Below are positions 51,080 to 64,000 of a stretch of 64,000 nt of DNA, one piece after another. The notes under the pieces are model-generated. The model had not been told where the DNA came from. It worked only from the letters and a program-made list of their open reading frames with translations, and made no database searches. Each line of letters opens with the position of its first letter. Within the stretch, counting starts at the first letter, position 1. This stretch comes from Eledone cirrhosa (Eukaryota), in contig OZ024743.1 in the NCBI GenBank assembly GCA_964016885.1, positions 126,542,001 to 126,606,000 of the forward strand, written 5' to 3'. Made by a program: the position numbers and the translations under genes.

Positions 51080-54000
51080 CTGGAAGAAAAAAATGATACC
51101 ATAGTTAGCCAGCAATTAATTTGTGTAAAATTAGTTGACTAAATTAAATTAAACAAACCTCATGAAGGAGATAGATAACACAGGACCAAGCTGACTGGTG
51201 ATATGCTATAATACAAAAGACCAATCCACCAATACAAGCACTGACATGAAATAATGCATCCACTACATCCTGTAATGCGGTTGGCATTAGGAAGGGCATC
51301 CATCCATAGAATCCATGCCACATATGGAATGTAACAAACACTAAAAACCTTTTAGGTAAAAGAATCTTGGTATATTTCAAACACTTTCAGAGTTTCTGTC
51401 ACTCAACTTTTCAGTATTGTCAATCTCAAATTTGTTATTTCCAACTTTAATTTCATCATTGTCAATTTTAATTCTGTCATTATTGTAGGCTGGAGCAAGT
51501 TTTAAAGTCTGCATGGGCAGGCACTTTGTGATGCAGAAGAACACCTGACCTGCAGCGTACGTGGCCTGTCCTACACCAGTGTCCACTCTTTCACTAGCAC
51601 TCCCTAATAACTATTCTCAACATCACACTCCCATGCCCCCTCTCCTCCCCACCGAAGTGATTGGTGATGGAAAGGGCATCCAGTCATGGAGGGCTTGCCA
51701 AACAAAGGATTGCAAGGACTCTTCAGTTGTGTCAAGGACATGACAACCTCCCTAGTGTTTGGTGAGCTACACGATAAATGCACCCAGTACACGCTGTAAA
51801 GTGGTTGGTGATAGGAAGGGTATCCAGCTGTAGAAGGCTTGCTAAACAAAGGGGTTGGGAGGACCCTCAGTTGTGTCAAAGACATGACAACCTCCCTTGT
51901 GCACTCATTAGAACGTGAGACTATACATAAGCAAGATGCGGATCCCTGGCCTGTCTGAGAGATAAGTAACCCCACTTCAGCACTGACTTGGTCTATATAG
52001 ACCTGTCCAACCCTAACTAGCAGGGGAAAGTGGATGTTAAAATGACGATGATGATGATATGAAAAGTGAGGCATTGGCATCAGCGATTACTTGTCACAGA
52101 ATTGTAAAAAATGTAAACATTTTAAAGTTTGGCATTACAGGTCTTGTATAAAGAAATTGTGGCACATTATATTGCTGTAAATATAGATACGAATAACATC
52201 AGTTTAAACTTTATTCATTATTCACATTTCTTAATTCTTTTAAGATATTCCTAATAAAAATCTGGCACACACACATACAAGATAGTATGCCTACATTGTA
52301 TTTAGGAATGAAATACAACTATGTTTTTTTAATAATTTTGTAAATAACAATTTGAAGCAAAGTAAAATAACTAATATTATTAAGACGACTTTAGTACATA
52401 ATTTACTAAACATTTTCTTCTATAGCATTATTTTATAACGAGAGGTTTGTCAACATAGAATTAGGATAGTTTTAGGTGGATTGATATCAAAAGAGTTAAA
52501 CTTTCCTACGCACCATTATAAAAAGAAATACAATAGAAAATAGCATTTTTCTTACTTGGTTTGCAACATGTAGCATTGTGAAGGCAAGAGCAGTGTAATA
52601 AGGCCATGTTTGATCACACATGTAACCTGATAAAGCCAGGTTACTAAACATAAACATCGTTGAACCTGTCAACCATAGCTTGGTTTGGTCACCAAATTTT
52701 AAAGCTGTTGATTTCACCCCAATAGTTATATCATCTAATTTGTCCTGGTAAAGTAAAGAAATAGAATTAAACATTCTGTTTGATTTATCAAATTTTGCCT
52801 CACCCCACCATATTCCCCCAATACCCTTCCCTCATAAAGTAGAGTGGGCCCTTCAATCGAGTATATAATCAACAACCAGCCTAGTGCTAGAGTCACAATA
52901 AAATGCATCTAGCAAAATCTGTAAAGTAGTTGGTGTTAAGAAGAGTTTCCAGCCCTAGAAACCATGTCAAAAACGGTTGAGAGGACTCTTCCGACAATCG
53001 CCTTAGGGATGGTGCTACAAAAATGCACCCAGTACACTCTTTAAAGAAGTTGATGATAGGAGGGACATCCAGCCATAAAAAACTTGGGGATTGGGATGAC
53101 TCTTCAGTTACGTTAAAGATAAAACTTCCCTAGTGTTGGTGCCATGATAAAATGCACCCGGTGCACCCTGTAAATGAGATGTGTACTGACTTGGTCTGTG
53201 ATGACTTATCCAAGCCTTACTAGCAAGGAAAAAGGATATTAAATAATGATGATGATTCTTGTTTAGCAAGTGACTTGATTTGAGACTGTTGAATCTAGAA
53301 CAATTACATCTTGGAAGAATCATTGAAGTCATTAAAAATACACAAAAGCTGTCAACCTTCTGGACGCTACTGGCACATCATGTCGCCGATAGAGTAATCC
53401 CCCCTTAATACATAATGTAGTGTCAAGAGAAGCAATTCATAAAAATTTCTAGCATGCTAAAGATTAAATTCAATTTACATATATTTCTTGGTGTCAAATG
53501 GTTTGTCACAGTTTGTGAAGTGGTCATTGACACAGTTCAGTGGAACTGAACTGCTTTTGTGAAAAGCTAAAATGACATTTCTATGATTGATTTATCAAGC
53601 TGTGTTTCATAATTTATTTCTAACATAGGCACAAGACCACAAATTTAGTGGAAGCAAGTTAATCAGTTCCTGTTTAGTACTTATTTTAATGATCTCAGAA
53701 GGATGAAGTGCAATAATGAGATTGGGAATATGTCCTTTTTCAAGATGGTAGGGTGTGATTTAAAGGGGATTTGGCAAGTATTTCTAGCAGGTCTATCAAA
53801 TATAAAGAGGCTCCCTTGTTGGCTCAAGTGAAAGTACGTGTATATGTAAGGTGCATAATTTTAACAGTTTTGGAGTTGGTGCCATGAAAAAACACATTCA
53901 ATACACTCTGTAAAGTAGTACTGTTGGTATCACAACAAAACACATCCAGATTAAGGAGGTTGGCATTAGGAAGGGTATCCAGCTGTAGACACCATGCCAA

Positions 54001-57000
54001 ATATGGAATGTATGAGCATATGATGATGTTTTAACAGTTTATTTATTATAATCAATCAGCATTGTTCATTGCAAGCTTACCTGGTGAGCATAAATAGTGT
54101 CATATATAAAAGTCCAAGTAATACAACCTAAATACAAGGGTAGAACAATTGACCAGTCACATGATCCTTTCACTGCTGCCCAGCCCATTAGAGCACCACA
54201 GTTAAATGTTATTCCTTAAATAGAAAATATATTGACAATCCATTAGTTCATGTGCATGTGTGTATACACGATTTTTAACTGTGGTAAGAAATGTTTTTCT
54301 TATATCAAAGTTTAATGGGCTTCCACTGATGATTTATAAGCGCCCACCTAAATATATTCTTACATGAATGTATATTAGGCTTCTACATAAACTGGAAGTA
54401 TTCTCCGAATTTGTAGAAAACTTATAATGAAACAATTGTTTGGAACGAGAGATATATTTTAACTTTAATTATATCTCATAAAATAATACAACTGGCTTTT
54501 CCACATAATACATATTGTTAGCACCCCAAACACTTAAATTGGATTTATAGTAAAATATAACCTAATGTTTGTTGAGTGAGATGGTTACCAGTCAGAGATT
54601 AGCTTTAAACTATCTCTGTTATTGTATTAATATTTTACTCTTGATTGGCCAGAGGTGTTTATTTCCAGGTACCTTATAAATTTGACTTTCCGTATTTATT
54701 ACTGTTGTGCGATATTGTGGTTTTTATTGGTTGTAACTTCTCTGTTTTTTAGCCTAAGAAAATATATATATGCCTATGTATATAATTACATGCATACATT
54801 TATTTTTTAAAATTAATTGAGTTCTTTACACGAGGAATTGATATTAGTTTTGAAATAACTAATTAACCTGCGTGTGTTTTATATTTTACTCTTAATTCGG
54901 CCGGAGATTTACATTCCCATTTGCCCTTTAAAGCATAACTTTCCGTATTTACTACGGTTACGAGATGCGGTTTCTTATTCAGGTACAACCTCTGATTTTA
55001 GCCTAAGAAAATATCTATATGCGTGTGTAATTTATACACGCATATATTTATTTTTTTAATTTCAATTGAGTTCTTAACACGTTGGATTGATAATGTTTTC
55101 GAAAAAACTGATTAACCCGCGTGTATATTATTTTTTTCCTCCTTTCGTGGATCGTAGTTGTCTCCCCTTCCCGCTTAGTGACGCTATAATACTTCCTCAG
55201 TCAAAAACTGCTGGAATTTCAAATTTGCCGGTCATTCGATGCGGGAAGGAGCAACTTAACAGACACGATTTTTAACTGTGGTAAGAAATGTTTTTCTTAT
55301 ATCAAAGTTTAATGGGCTTCCACTGATGATTTATAAGCGCCCACCTAAATATATTCTTACATGAATGTATATTAGGCTTCTACATAAACTGGAAGTATTC
55401 TCCGAATTTGTAGGAAACTTATAATGAAACAATTGTTTGGAATGAGAGATATATTTTAACTTTAATTATATCTCATAAAATAATACAACTGGCTTTTCCA
55501 CATAATACATATTGTTAGCACCCCAAACACTTAAATTGGGTTTATATTAAAATATAACCTAATGTTTGTTGAGTGAGATGGTTACCAGTCAGAGATTAGC
55601 CTTAAACTATCTCTGTTATTGTATTAATTATATATATATATATACATGTATTTATGTATGTCTCTGGCTATCTTTGTAACATGTGGCTTTGTGGTTAGGG
55701 TAGTCGGCTTACAATCTTAAGGATGTGAGTTTGATTCATGACAGTGTATTGTGTTCTTGAGCAAGACACTTTATTTCACGTTGCTACAGTCTACTCAGCT
55801 GGCCAGCCTTGTCACATTGAATGTTCCTGAGAACTACATTAGGGGCATGCATGTCTGTAGAATGCTCAGCCACTTGCATGCTAATTTCATGAGCAGGCTG
55901 TCCCTCATCTTTGTAACATATACACACACTTGTAATGACAAATGTTATTATTAAATATGCTACTGCATTAAAACAAAAACAGAAACCTTTCACTATATAA
56001 ATGTAATAACTACATTCGAACTCTCTCTTTTTTCTCATTTCTAACTCACACATATCCTAGCAAGGGAGGGATGGGTCATCACAGATTAAGTCAGTGTTAC
56101 TGATATGGCAGCTGTATCTCATATGTTCCCACATTTTATAGAACATGTAAGTACCTAGTTATAACTACTGACTTCTCAGACAAGGGCTTGAAGAGTCATT
56201 ACAGACAAAATCAGTACTCAATCAGAGCTACTGTCCTACTAGAAAGGGAAGGGGTCTTTGTCTTGCTTAGATAAGTTCCAGTTTTAGCATGGTTTCTGCA
56301 GCTTGATTCCTTGCCTAATGCCAACCACTTTGTGTTAAAAAGACAGTACGATCACTGTATGTATGTGTGTTATTTCTTTTTATAGTGAGCTATTGAATTG
56401 CAAATAAACAAAAAAATTACTTTATCTCTGTAAGAAATAATAAATTTATGCAGAAAGACCATAATTCTCACTGAAACAATTGACTGACCACCAGCTAAAT
56501 GCTTTATTTCCTCAGCAACACAGGATATATTTCTAGTTCTGCCTAAATTCAAGGGAAGCACAGGTGACTCTTTCACTGCTAACAAAGCTAACAGAAATTG
56601 AAAGTAAAATAATAATACTAGGGTTCAAATATACTCACCCAAAACAATCTGTGGCCAATAGGTAAAGCGTTTAGCTAGTGGGTATGTTGTTACGAACAGC
56701 ATTGAGGTTGTACCTAGAAAAACACTGAATGGAAATAGAATTATCATCATTTGTAGTAGAGCTGAGACTACATCAGGGACAAATACTTTAGTACTACTAA
56801 TTTGATGCTACATCAGGGATAAACACTTTAGTACTACTAATTTGATACTACATCAGACATAAACATATTAGTACTACTAACTTGATATTACATCAAACAA
56901 ATACTTTTGTACTAATAACCCAATACATTAAGCATAAACATAGTTATTTAAAGTTAAAATAAGATCTATGAAATCATTATTATTTGCTAAATTTTATTTC

Positions 57001-60000
57001 AAATAAACATGTATAGTGAAGTTATATTTTAATAGAGTTTACTGACATTTCAGGTGCTGAAATGGGATCCAGTGAATTCATTTACATTAGAGCTAGGGTT
57101 AGGGATTTTTAAAAGGGATATTTGTTTTCTATACTGGCTTGTGTGTGATAGCTGTGTGTTTAGACCTGCAAAAATATCCATGTAGGTATATACAGTGTAC
57201 TCCTGGCATCTGCAGTCCTGGTTATTTGCAGAATTTTCCTTAGAACCTAACTAATAATTGTTTGTAGAAACCACCACATATTCACAGAATCGTAAATATC
57301 TTCCGTGATTTTTTTAATGGCTTTTTTCGTAGCAATATACATTTTTTAACATTAAATTATTAATGACAATATACCATATTTGCCAGCCTATTGGATGCTT
57401 CTTCGCATAATGTAATTATATTTTATAGTATATTTTGATGTTTAAAGGCATTTTTGTGGACCACGTCCAATATTCACACTTTTTCACTCTTCGCGGGTGC
57501 TCTAGGAACATAACCCCCGCGAATACCGGGACAACTGTGTATATATATATATATGTATAAATTGCTTTTGTAGTTGAATTCATCATCATCATCATTTTAT
57601 GTCCGCTTTTCCCTGCTTGCAAAGGTGGGACGGGAACTGATTCTGGCTGGATTTCTACAGCTGGATGCCCTTCCTAATACCAACCTCATTTACAGTGAGT
57701 GCTGGGTGCTTTTTTGCTGTGGTACCTCCACGACCACTTTGCAGTGGAATGATATGGACCCCAGTCCCTATCATCTCATTTCTACAGCTGAGTAAACTGG
57801 AGCAATGTGAAATAAAGTGTCTTGCTCAAGGAAACAACACATCACTCGGTCTGAGAATTGAACTCACAACCTTTCGATTGCAAGGCCAATGCTCTAACCA
57901 CTAAGTCATGTGCCTCCATGTTATTGTAGACAAATGTATCTGTAGTGAATTATTGTAGACAAATGTATCTGTAGTGAATTGTTGGAGATGACTTCATCGA
58001 GAATTGACTAACCTGTACCAGTTTAGCTGAAGAAGTATAGCAAGTCCTAGTGTTAACTGAGAACCAAGGAATACAAGAGCCTCAAAGCGGGTTATTTCTC
58101 CAGCAGCTATAGGTCGTGTTATGGTACGTTTAACCTGAAACAAGAATTACCAACATCAGTGTTTCACAAAATAGGTTCCACCCCCAAAAAATTAATAATT
58201 TTAATAAAAGTTTATTTTACATAGATAAATTCCCTTCTTAAAACAAATTGTATTTTATTTAATGTCTTATTAAAATTAAGTTGGTAGGAATTGTCTATAA
58301 AATATAGGTATAAGTTCTGTTTCTCTATTCAAGCTCCTACTCACTCCAGCAAGTGACTACCACTCTTACTCTTCTTTTCCTACTCAAATTATACCAAACC
58401 CGTAGCCAGGTTTTCTGCCATGTAATGCCATTCGAATATATGTTAAAACATAGAGATGCCAAAACAAAATAAAGAAATATTGTTTAGTAAAATATATATA
58501 TTATTCCTAACAAAGACACATTATACAATGAAATGTCAAAAAAATAGTTTTCGTGGTTTCTTTAACCACTCATTTGCAAAGTCTTCAAATTTAATTTTTT
58601 CACATTCATCTTTTTCGAAAAAGATGTCAAATTGCATTCTCTGTAAGGCGACTTCTTCTTTGTGGTAAGTCTATGTGAGCCATAGCAGAAAACAGGCATT
58701 CAACTGTTGACGAACTATAGCCACATGTTAATACAATTCTGTATAGCATTATTATTGCAGAGGCCGTTGATTGATATTTTGTAAGTAATAATTTATATAT
58801 ATCTTGAATATCTATTGTTTCAGTATTACATCGTTTACCAAAATAGTTTTTTACAAGACTTATATGGACACTACATTGAGCTTTTAGTAAATCGATATCA
58901 ATATTATTATCTTCAATAAATTTTTTCATGATTGGAATGGTTTTTGCATAATCCAGTAACGTTTTATTTTGCCTTTACCTGTTGTGTTAATTTTTTTAAA
59001 TAAAATCGTGTTTGATGGGGATGCCAAAATTAAATTTGCTTTTGATAGGGGATGCCGGGCATCCCCTGGGCTACGGGCCTGAATTATACTCACTACTCTG
59101 CCAACTCTTGGTTACCACTCTCCTGTGGTCCTCCAACCTATCTGAAGAAGAACTGAGTTGACTAAAAACCTGCCTAACCCATGCCAACATAGAAAGCAGA
59201 TTTAAAATTGTGATTATGATTCTTCTTCTCTTACTTATTCCTGGGAGAGTTGTGGGGGAAGAGCCTTCAAACACTCTTTCCAGAGGGTCCTGTCAGAAGT
59301 AACCATCTCTAATTGATCTGGTTGGATCCCCAAGTGAGACCATGGATGTTATCCAACCAACTTACTCAGGGTCTACCCCTAGGTCTTCTGCTGGTTGCTT
59401 TTTCCCATAAAATCTGTCGAGCAATTCTTTCCTAAGATATTCTAACCATATGCCCATAGTATCAGAGCTGTGATCTTTCAATTTGGAGAGGTAACAGCTC
59501 GACCAGGAGCAACCTTCTGATCTTCAAGCTACACACTCGATCAAGTAACATTAATCCAAAGACCCTTCAGATGAACCCCATTTCAGCTGCTTGTATTCGA
59601 GATCAAATTCTTTAGGTCATTACCCAAGATTGATGACCATAGGTATGGGTTGGCATGAATACCGAATTGAAGATAGCAAGTTTGGCTTTTACTCTTACTT
59701 CCCTTTTCCTGATTACCTAATGCCTTTTCGAGAACTATGAAACAAGCATACACTGCTTGGTAGTACTCCCATCATTTCTCAAAAACCTGCTGCAGTGTGA
59801 ATATTTGATCAGCTGTGCTGCATCTGGGGCAAAAACCACACTGCTTAACAAGAAGGTCCTCTATAATTGGAGCAAAAAAAGTTAAATAACAAAATAAACT
59901 AACCTTCTTATCAAAATCTTTGTCCCACATGTCATTGATAATGCAACCACTTCCACGCATTATCACTGCCCCAACTCCAAATAATGTCAACATTTTGAAG

Positions 60001-61332
60001 TCTGGAAGATGACCAGGAGTAGCAGCCATAGCTATACTCCAAGTACAAGGCCAGTATAACAGCCATGTTCCTGAAAATAAATGGATATTGAAATATTTCT
60101 TTAATTATATTTCTGGGATGGGATAAGATGAAATCATGGAGGATTAACTGAATAATATCATAGATGTAAAACATGAAAGAGATATAAATTATTTATATAT
60201 GTAAATATAAACAGAAAATTTGACTTGGGACAAAATAAACTCAATCACCATTTTGTTCAACACATTGTGATTTTATTAGCCTTAACATTACCATATTTCT
60301 AGTGAAAGACACTGCCTATAGTTTTCAAATCATTTTGAAAATAATCAAGAGTTCTGAGGGATTTAGTAATATAACTTTTTCATTGTGAAGCTAGTGTTTG
60401 GAGCATAACTTTAAGGTTTTTACATAAAATTATGATGGAAGTTATTTTTGGATAAATATAAATACATTAAAATATGCAGCTTAGTATTGTAGAACCAATG
60501 ATGTTTCATGTAGTTTGATATCAAAAGGGTTAAACATTGATTTTAAAGCATGCCCTCAAACAAATTTGGATATAGATTCATATGCATGCTGGAGTCTTTG
60601 TTTTTTGTAATTGTATTTGAGAAGAGAATACTGTCTTCTGAAAGAATTACAAATTTGAAAATGTTAACACAATAGTTGTTAGACCAAATGGTCATACAGT
60701 TGTTCTTTTACTGGTCCCAGTCACAAGACTGCAGCCATGTTAGAGCAACTCCACTATATATATTTTTTAAGCCTGGTATTTATTTCATCAATCTCTTTTT
60801 TTCTGAACTGTTAGATTATGAGATATAAACACCACCAGTTGTTAAGCAGTATAGAGCTTACACACGGACACCGATACACACACACACACACACACACACA
60901 TATCTAACACAGTTTCTATCTACCAAATTTCACTTGCGAAGCAAACTTTTTATTCACACAGAAATTCTTTGTTATATATTGTTACAACAAGCAAAGCATA
61001 AAGTTTTGAGTTTTACCAACTGGTTTATCCAAGCGTATTAGCCTCAAATATGGTTGGATGAGTGGAGGTGCTGCAGTGACTATCTTCTGAGTAGAAAATG
61101 AGAAATGACGACTGGCTTCATTTGGTGCTTTTGGTAAGTAATCACATTGCTTCTTCAAAACATGTCTTGGAGGCTCAGTGCTATATTTGACACCTCTTGA
61201 TTCTTGTAGGTACTGAGATTTTTCAGAATACTTTCCAATGGTTGGATGGGTGTAAGACACCAGGATTCGAGTAGACAGACATGACACCTTATGTGGACAT
61301 AAGAATGTTGCTAGTAACTTACTTGACTGCAT
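50957..61332 (-). CDS. COQ2: 4-hydroxybenzoate polyprenyltransferase, mitochondrial (7 coding exons, 1137 nt, 378 aa)
   Basis: UbiA-family motifs [67 protein letters not shown]...GVKSTAL. GT-AG introns with consistent phases. Confidence 0.95.
52556..52744 (-). CDS. COQ2: COQ2 coding exon 6
   Basis: [25 protein letters not shown]...HVANQ. Confidence 0.93.
54081..54214 (-). CDS. COQ2: COQ2 coding exon 5
   Basis: [16 protein letters not shown]...IYDTIYAHQ. Confidence 0.93.
54266..55628. repeat. Direct repeat of 366 bp (54266-54631 and 55263-55628) flanking two internal units of about 250 bp
   Basis: About 5 mismatches between the 366-bp copies; period 997 bp. Confidence 0.9.
56639..56724 (-). 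CDS. COQ2: COQ2 coding exon 4
   Basis: [28 protein letters not shown]. Confidence 0.93.
56768..56916. repeat. About 40-bp tandem repeat x4
   Basis: CTACATCAGGGACAAATACTTTAGTACTACTAATTTGATG units. Confidence 0.85.
57193..57537. mobile_element. Tc1/pogo-like MITE (degenerate)
   Basis: TA-CAGT... left end and CCCCGCGAATACCGGGACAACTG right end; imperfect TIRs. Confidence 0.4.
58013..58134 (-). CDS. COQ2: COQ2 coding exon 3
   Basis: [15 protein letters not shown]...LLQLNWY. Confidence 0.93.
58395..59081 (-). mobile_element. hAT transposon deletion derivative with transposase C-terminal dimerization fragment
   Basis: TIRs CAAACCCGTAGCCAGG and CCTGGGCTACGGGCCTG, 8-bp TSD AATTATAC on both sides, ORF 58627-58929 with [10 protein letters not shown]...RRSRL. 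Confidence 0.88.
59225..59860 (-). mobile_element. Decayed RTE-type LINE fragment
   Basis: [25 protein letters not shown] motif, plus a 3' region shared with 36380-36620, 41340-41660 and 50440-50680. Confidence 0.65.
59904..60070 (-). CDS. COQ2: COQ2 coding exon 2
   Basis: [14 protein letters not shown]...[12 protein letters not shown]. Confidence 0.93.
61017..61332 (-). CDS. COQ2: COQ2 coding exon 1 (mitochondrial presequence ... RLDKPV)
   Basis: ATG 7 nt after an AG acceptor (61341-61340), GTAAAA donor. Confidence 0.85.
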
Positions 61333-61452
61333 CTTTAACCTAAAATATACAAAGATGGAAGTTATAAGAATGAGCTTTGGTAAATTTTGATTTCATTGCT
61401 AAATCACATAATGAGATTAAATATTTGAAACAAATTTTCTTTAGTTATTATA

Positions 61453-61638
61453 TAATTGTTTCTTCTTTTGGCACAAGGCCAGCAATTATCCCAGTGTATT
61501 ACTGGTACTTTATTTTATCGACCCAGTAAGGATGAAAGGCAAAGTTAACCTCGGTGGGATTTGAACTCTGACCGTCAAGGGACGTAACTATGCTAGAAAG
61601 CATGGCGTTCGACCCTCTACCGATACTGCCAATTCACC
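61453..61638 (-). mobile_element. tRNA-derived SINE
   Basis: Reverse complement of the family. Confidence 0.8.
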
Positions 61639-62682
61639 CTCTCAGTCAGAGCTCTGTTGTATAGAAGACGTGGGCATTTAATGCAGAGGAATTTGTGAAG
61701 GCTAGAAAGAAATGAATCTCGCCAAATCCACTAGATCATCATTTTACGTCCACTATCTATGCTGACATGGGTTGGATGGGTTGTCATGGTCCAAGGGAAA
61801 CACATCTTGCTCTTATATTCCATATTTGACGTAGTTTCTATGGTACCAACAATGTGTAAGAATTACAGCCAAGACCTCTCTGTATATCCAAGGCTATATT
61901 GTTTAATGCGTTTATGTTCTTTTTAAAGGAGATTTTGTTGCTTTTTCTAGCAAGTCGAGTGACTATGTAGATACTTCTTTGTTGACTTGCCTAATCCAGG
62001 TTGATAGGGATAGGAAGAACCATCTAGCTGCTAATACGATAATTAATACATATTAAGGTCATCATACCCTTCAGTAAACTAAAGAATTACAGTATAGTAT
62101 ACAAGAGTAAATACTACAGAATGAACAAGACGAAGAATTGTTAGAGGCCAGGTAAACTAAGGAAAATATACCATGGAATATAACGCCAGAACGTGAAAGG
62201 ACCGTGTCCTCTACCATTAAAAAATCAAAGAAAGTTCCTATTCAATACAACGTTATAGGAGACAGGCTAAACCTGTGCAGGTATGGGCCGTACAACAGTA
62301 AATAACGACATTAAAACAGTTATATTAATAGCACTGCACAACCAAACGCTGACTAAAGGTAGTATATAAATTGAGAACTGTGAACCCAAGGAATATAGCT
62401 GAGTCCGACTCCTCCCACAATGATCTGGTAATTAATAAGTGAAGCTGATTGATTGACACAAAGTGTACATAAAAGAATAATATATCCTTATAAAACAATT
62501 AAAACGTGAATGAAATTAGAATAGAACATAACTTGACGAGTCTTCATATCAGACCTAATAGAATGCTTTGTGAATGTCAAAGGCAACAACACTAGTATTA
62601 CTAAAGTTTTCAAGGATACTAGCAGACTGCGACTTAAGTGCGTGCCATAAGTCTCACTCGATTACGGCTGACTTGGAGACTA

Positions 62683-62845
62683 CCGTATTTCCCGGTGCCG
62701 AAGACGCTTCGTCCTCGAGGACACACCTTAATTTTGACAGCCAAAAATTTGAAGAAAAAAAATAATAGACAACCTTCAGCCTCCAGGACGCATGGTAGAT
62801 TTTTGAGGCTTATATTAGGAACGTCTTCGGCGTCGGGAAATACAG
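62683..62845. mobile_element. pogo/Tigger-like MITE
   Basis: TA|CCGTATTTCCCGGTGCCGAAGACG ... CGTCTTCGGCGTCGGGAAATACAG|TA. Confidence 0.8.
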
Positions 62846-64000
62846 TACATAAAAATAGATACTCAACTATGTAATCATAAACTTCTTTTCTTTTTATTTT
62901 ACGGAGTTAAGCAGAGTGAAATTATATATAGGGCAAACGTTCGGTAATATGAAAAAATACGCTTCTACAGATCTGACGAAAAACAGGGTTGGAACCTAAA
63001 CTTTGAACATCCTTCTCATTGAAATTTATTTCAATAGAATGCATACAAATAAAAACAAGTTATATTTTTTTAATGTGGAAGAAGGCACGCACACTCAATT
63101 ACATACTACAAGGGGCGCTGGAAATTACTTCTAGTAATTTTTGAGGCAACCCAACACACTCGCAGCAATGTCACAAGTGATAGTGCGGATAAGGCGCTGG
63201 AATTGAATTTTTATTTATAAATTACTTCACCGAAGGCTAAATACATTTCGTAGGCTAAACAGTATATCAACTACACCTTATAGTATATCTTGTTATTCGG
63301 GATTGACAGAATCGTTAGAGCGGCGGTCAAAATGCCAAGCGGTTACGTTCATACACTGCGAAAATCGACTTCACTTTTCATATCCCAGGGTTAATCTATC
63401 TAGACAACATAATCAGATAGACTTTTGGTGGTCTTGTACTTCAGCTCTGATCTAGTAGATAATTGAAGGTGTTCCAGCAATGACCACCCTACCCTTTTCA
63501 ACTAGAATTACATTATTCCATGCGTTCTTCCCATTTTAAGACAGTAGGTAATGAATTGAGGGAGATCGAGCTGCTAATTCTAGCAGATGGAGCGATCGCA
63601 GACTACTTCGTATCACCTATGTTATCACACATGAAAGCACGATTTCATCGCATGTTCTGAATAACTAGAGATAAGGGCAATAATGAGAATAAGCAGTGAA
63701 ATCGTTTATTTTTGTATTGAATCCTCTATTTCTTCGCCTCAGTCTAGGATTCCACAGTAACAATCTTTATTTCATTTGATATATTAATCATGATGTCTCA
63801 CATAAAAATAGAATCTATGGAACCTTATAAAAATAACACACAAAAATATACAATCAAAGCGAAAACAAACATCAATTCAACACTAATGATATTTACACCT
63901 TATATTTATCCCATATAAAAAAAAGTAAATAAGCTATTGTTAGACGTTAAAAATATGTGCATCGTTTTAAGAATATATATAACTAGGTTACAATACTCTA

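Noticed and set aside
56768-56916. Possible CRISPR-like or regulatory array
   Set aside because: Simple decaying tandem repeat without spacers.

Overview
AT-rich, repeat-dense eukaryotic genomic DNA. The SINE and LINE families suggest an octopod cephalopod; this is inference. Two convergent spliced genes were reconstructed by hand from GT-AG boundaries with consistent reading-frame phases. COG5 (+ strand, 22 coding exons, 17987-47062, 810 aa) and COQ2 (- strand, 7 coding exons, 61332-50957, 378 aa) face each other, and one intact tRNA-Arg(ACG) gene lies at 14674-14746. The first 18 kb and the introns are a mosaic of mobile elements. These include an internally deleted Ty3/Gypsy element with both LTRs and a 5-bp TSD, a solo LTR, Helitrons, CRE-clade, RTE-clade and R4-like LINE fragments, a hAT deletion derivative, piggyBac-like and pogo-like MITEs, and many tRNA-derived SINEs. 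The most notable observations are a cluster of minimal hammerhead-ribozyme motifs of Penelope/retrozyme type at 10.9-13.6 kb, a non-canonical primer-binding site in the Gypsy element, unusually frequent CRE fragments, a tandem repeat that may create an in-frame alternative acceptor in COG5, and a 997-bp-period duplication in a COQ2 intron. No prokaryotic-type system (CRISPR, operon) is present.
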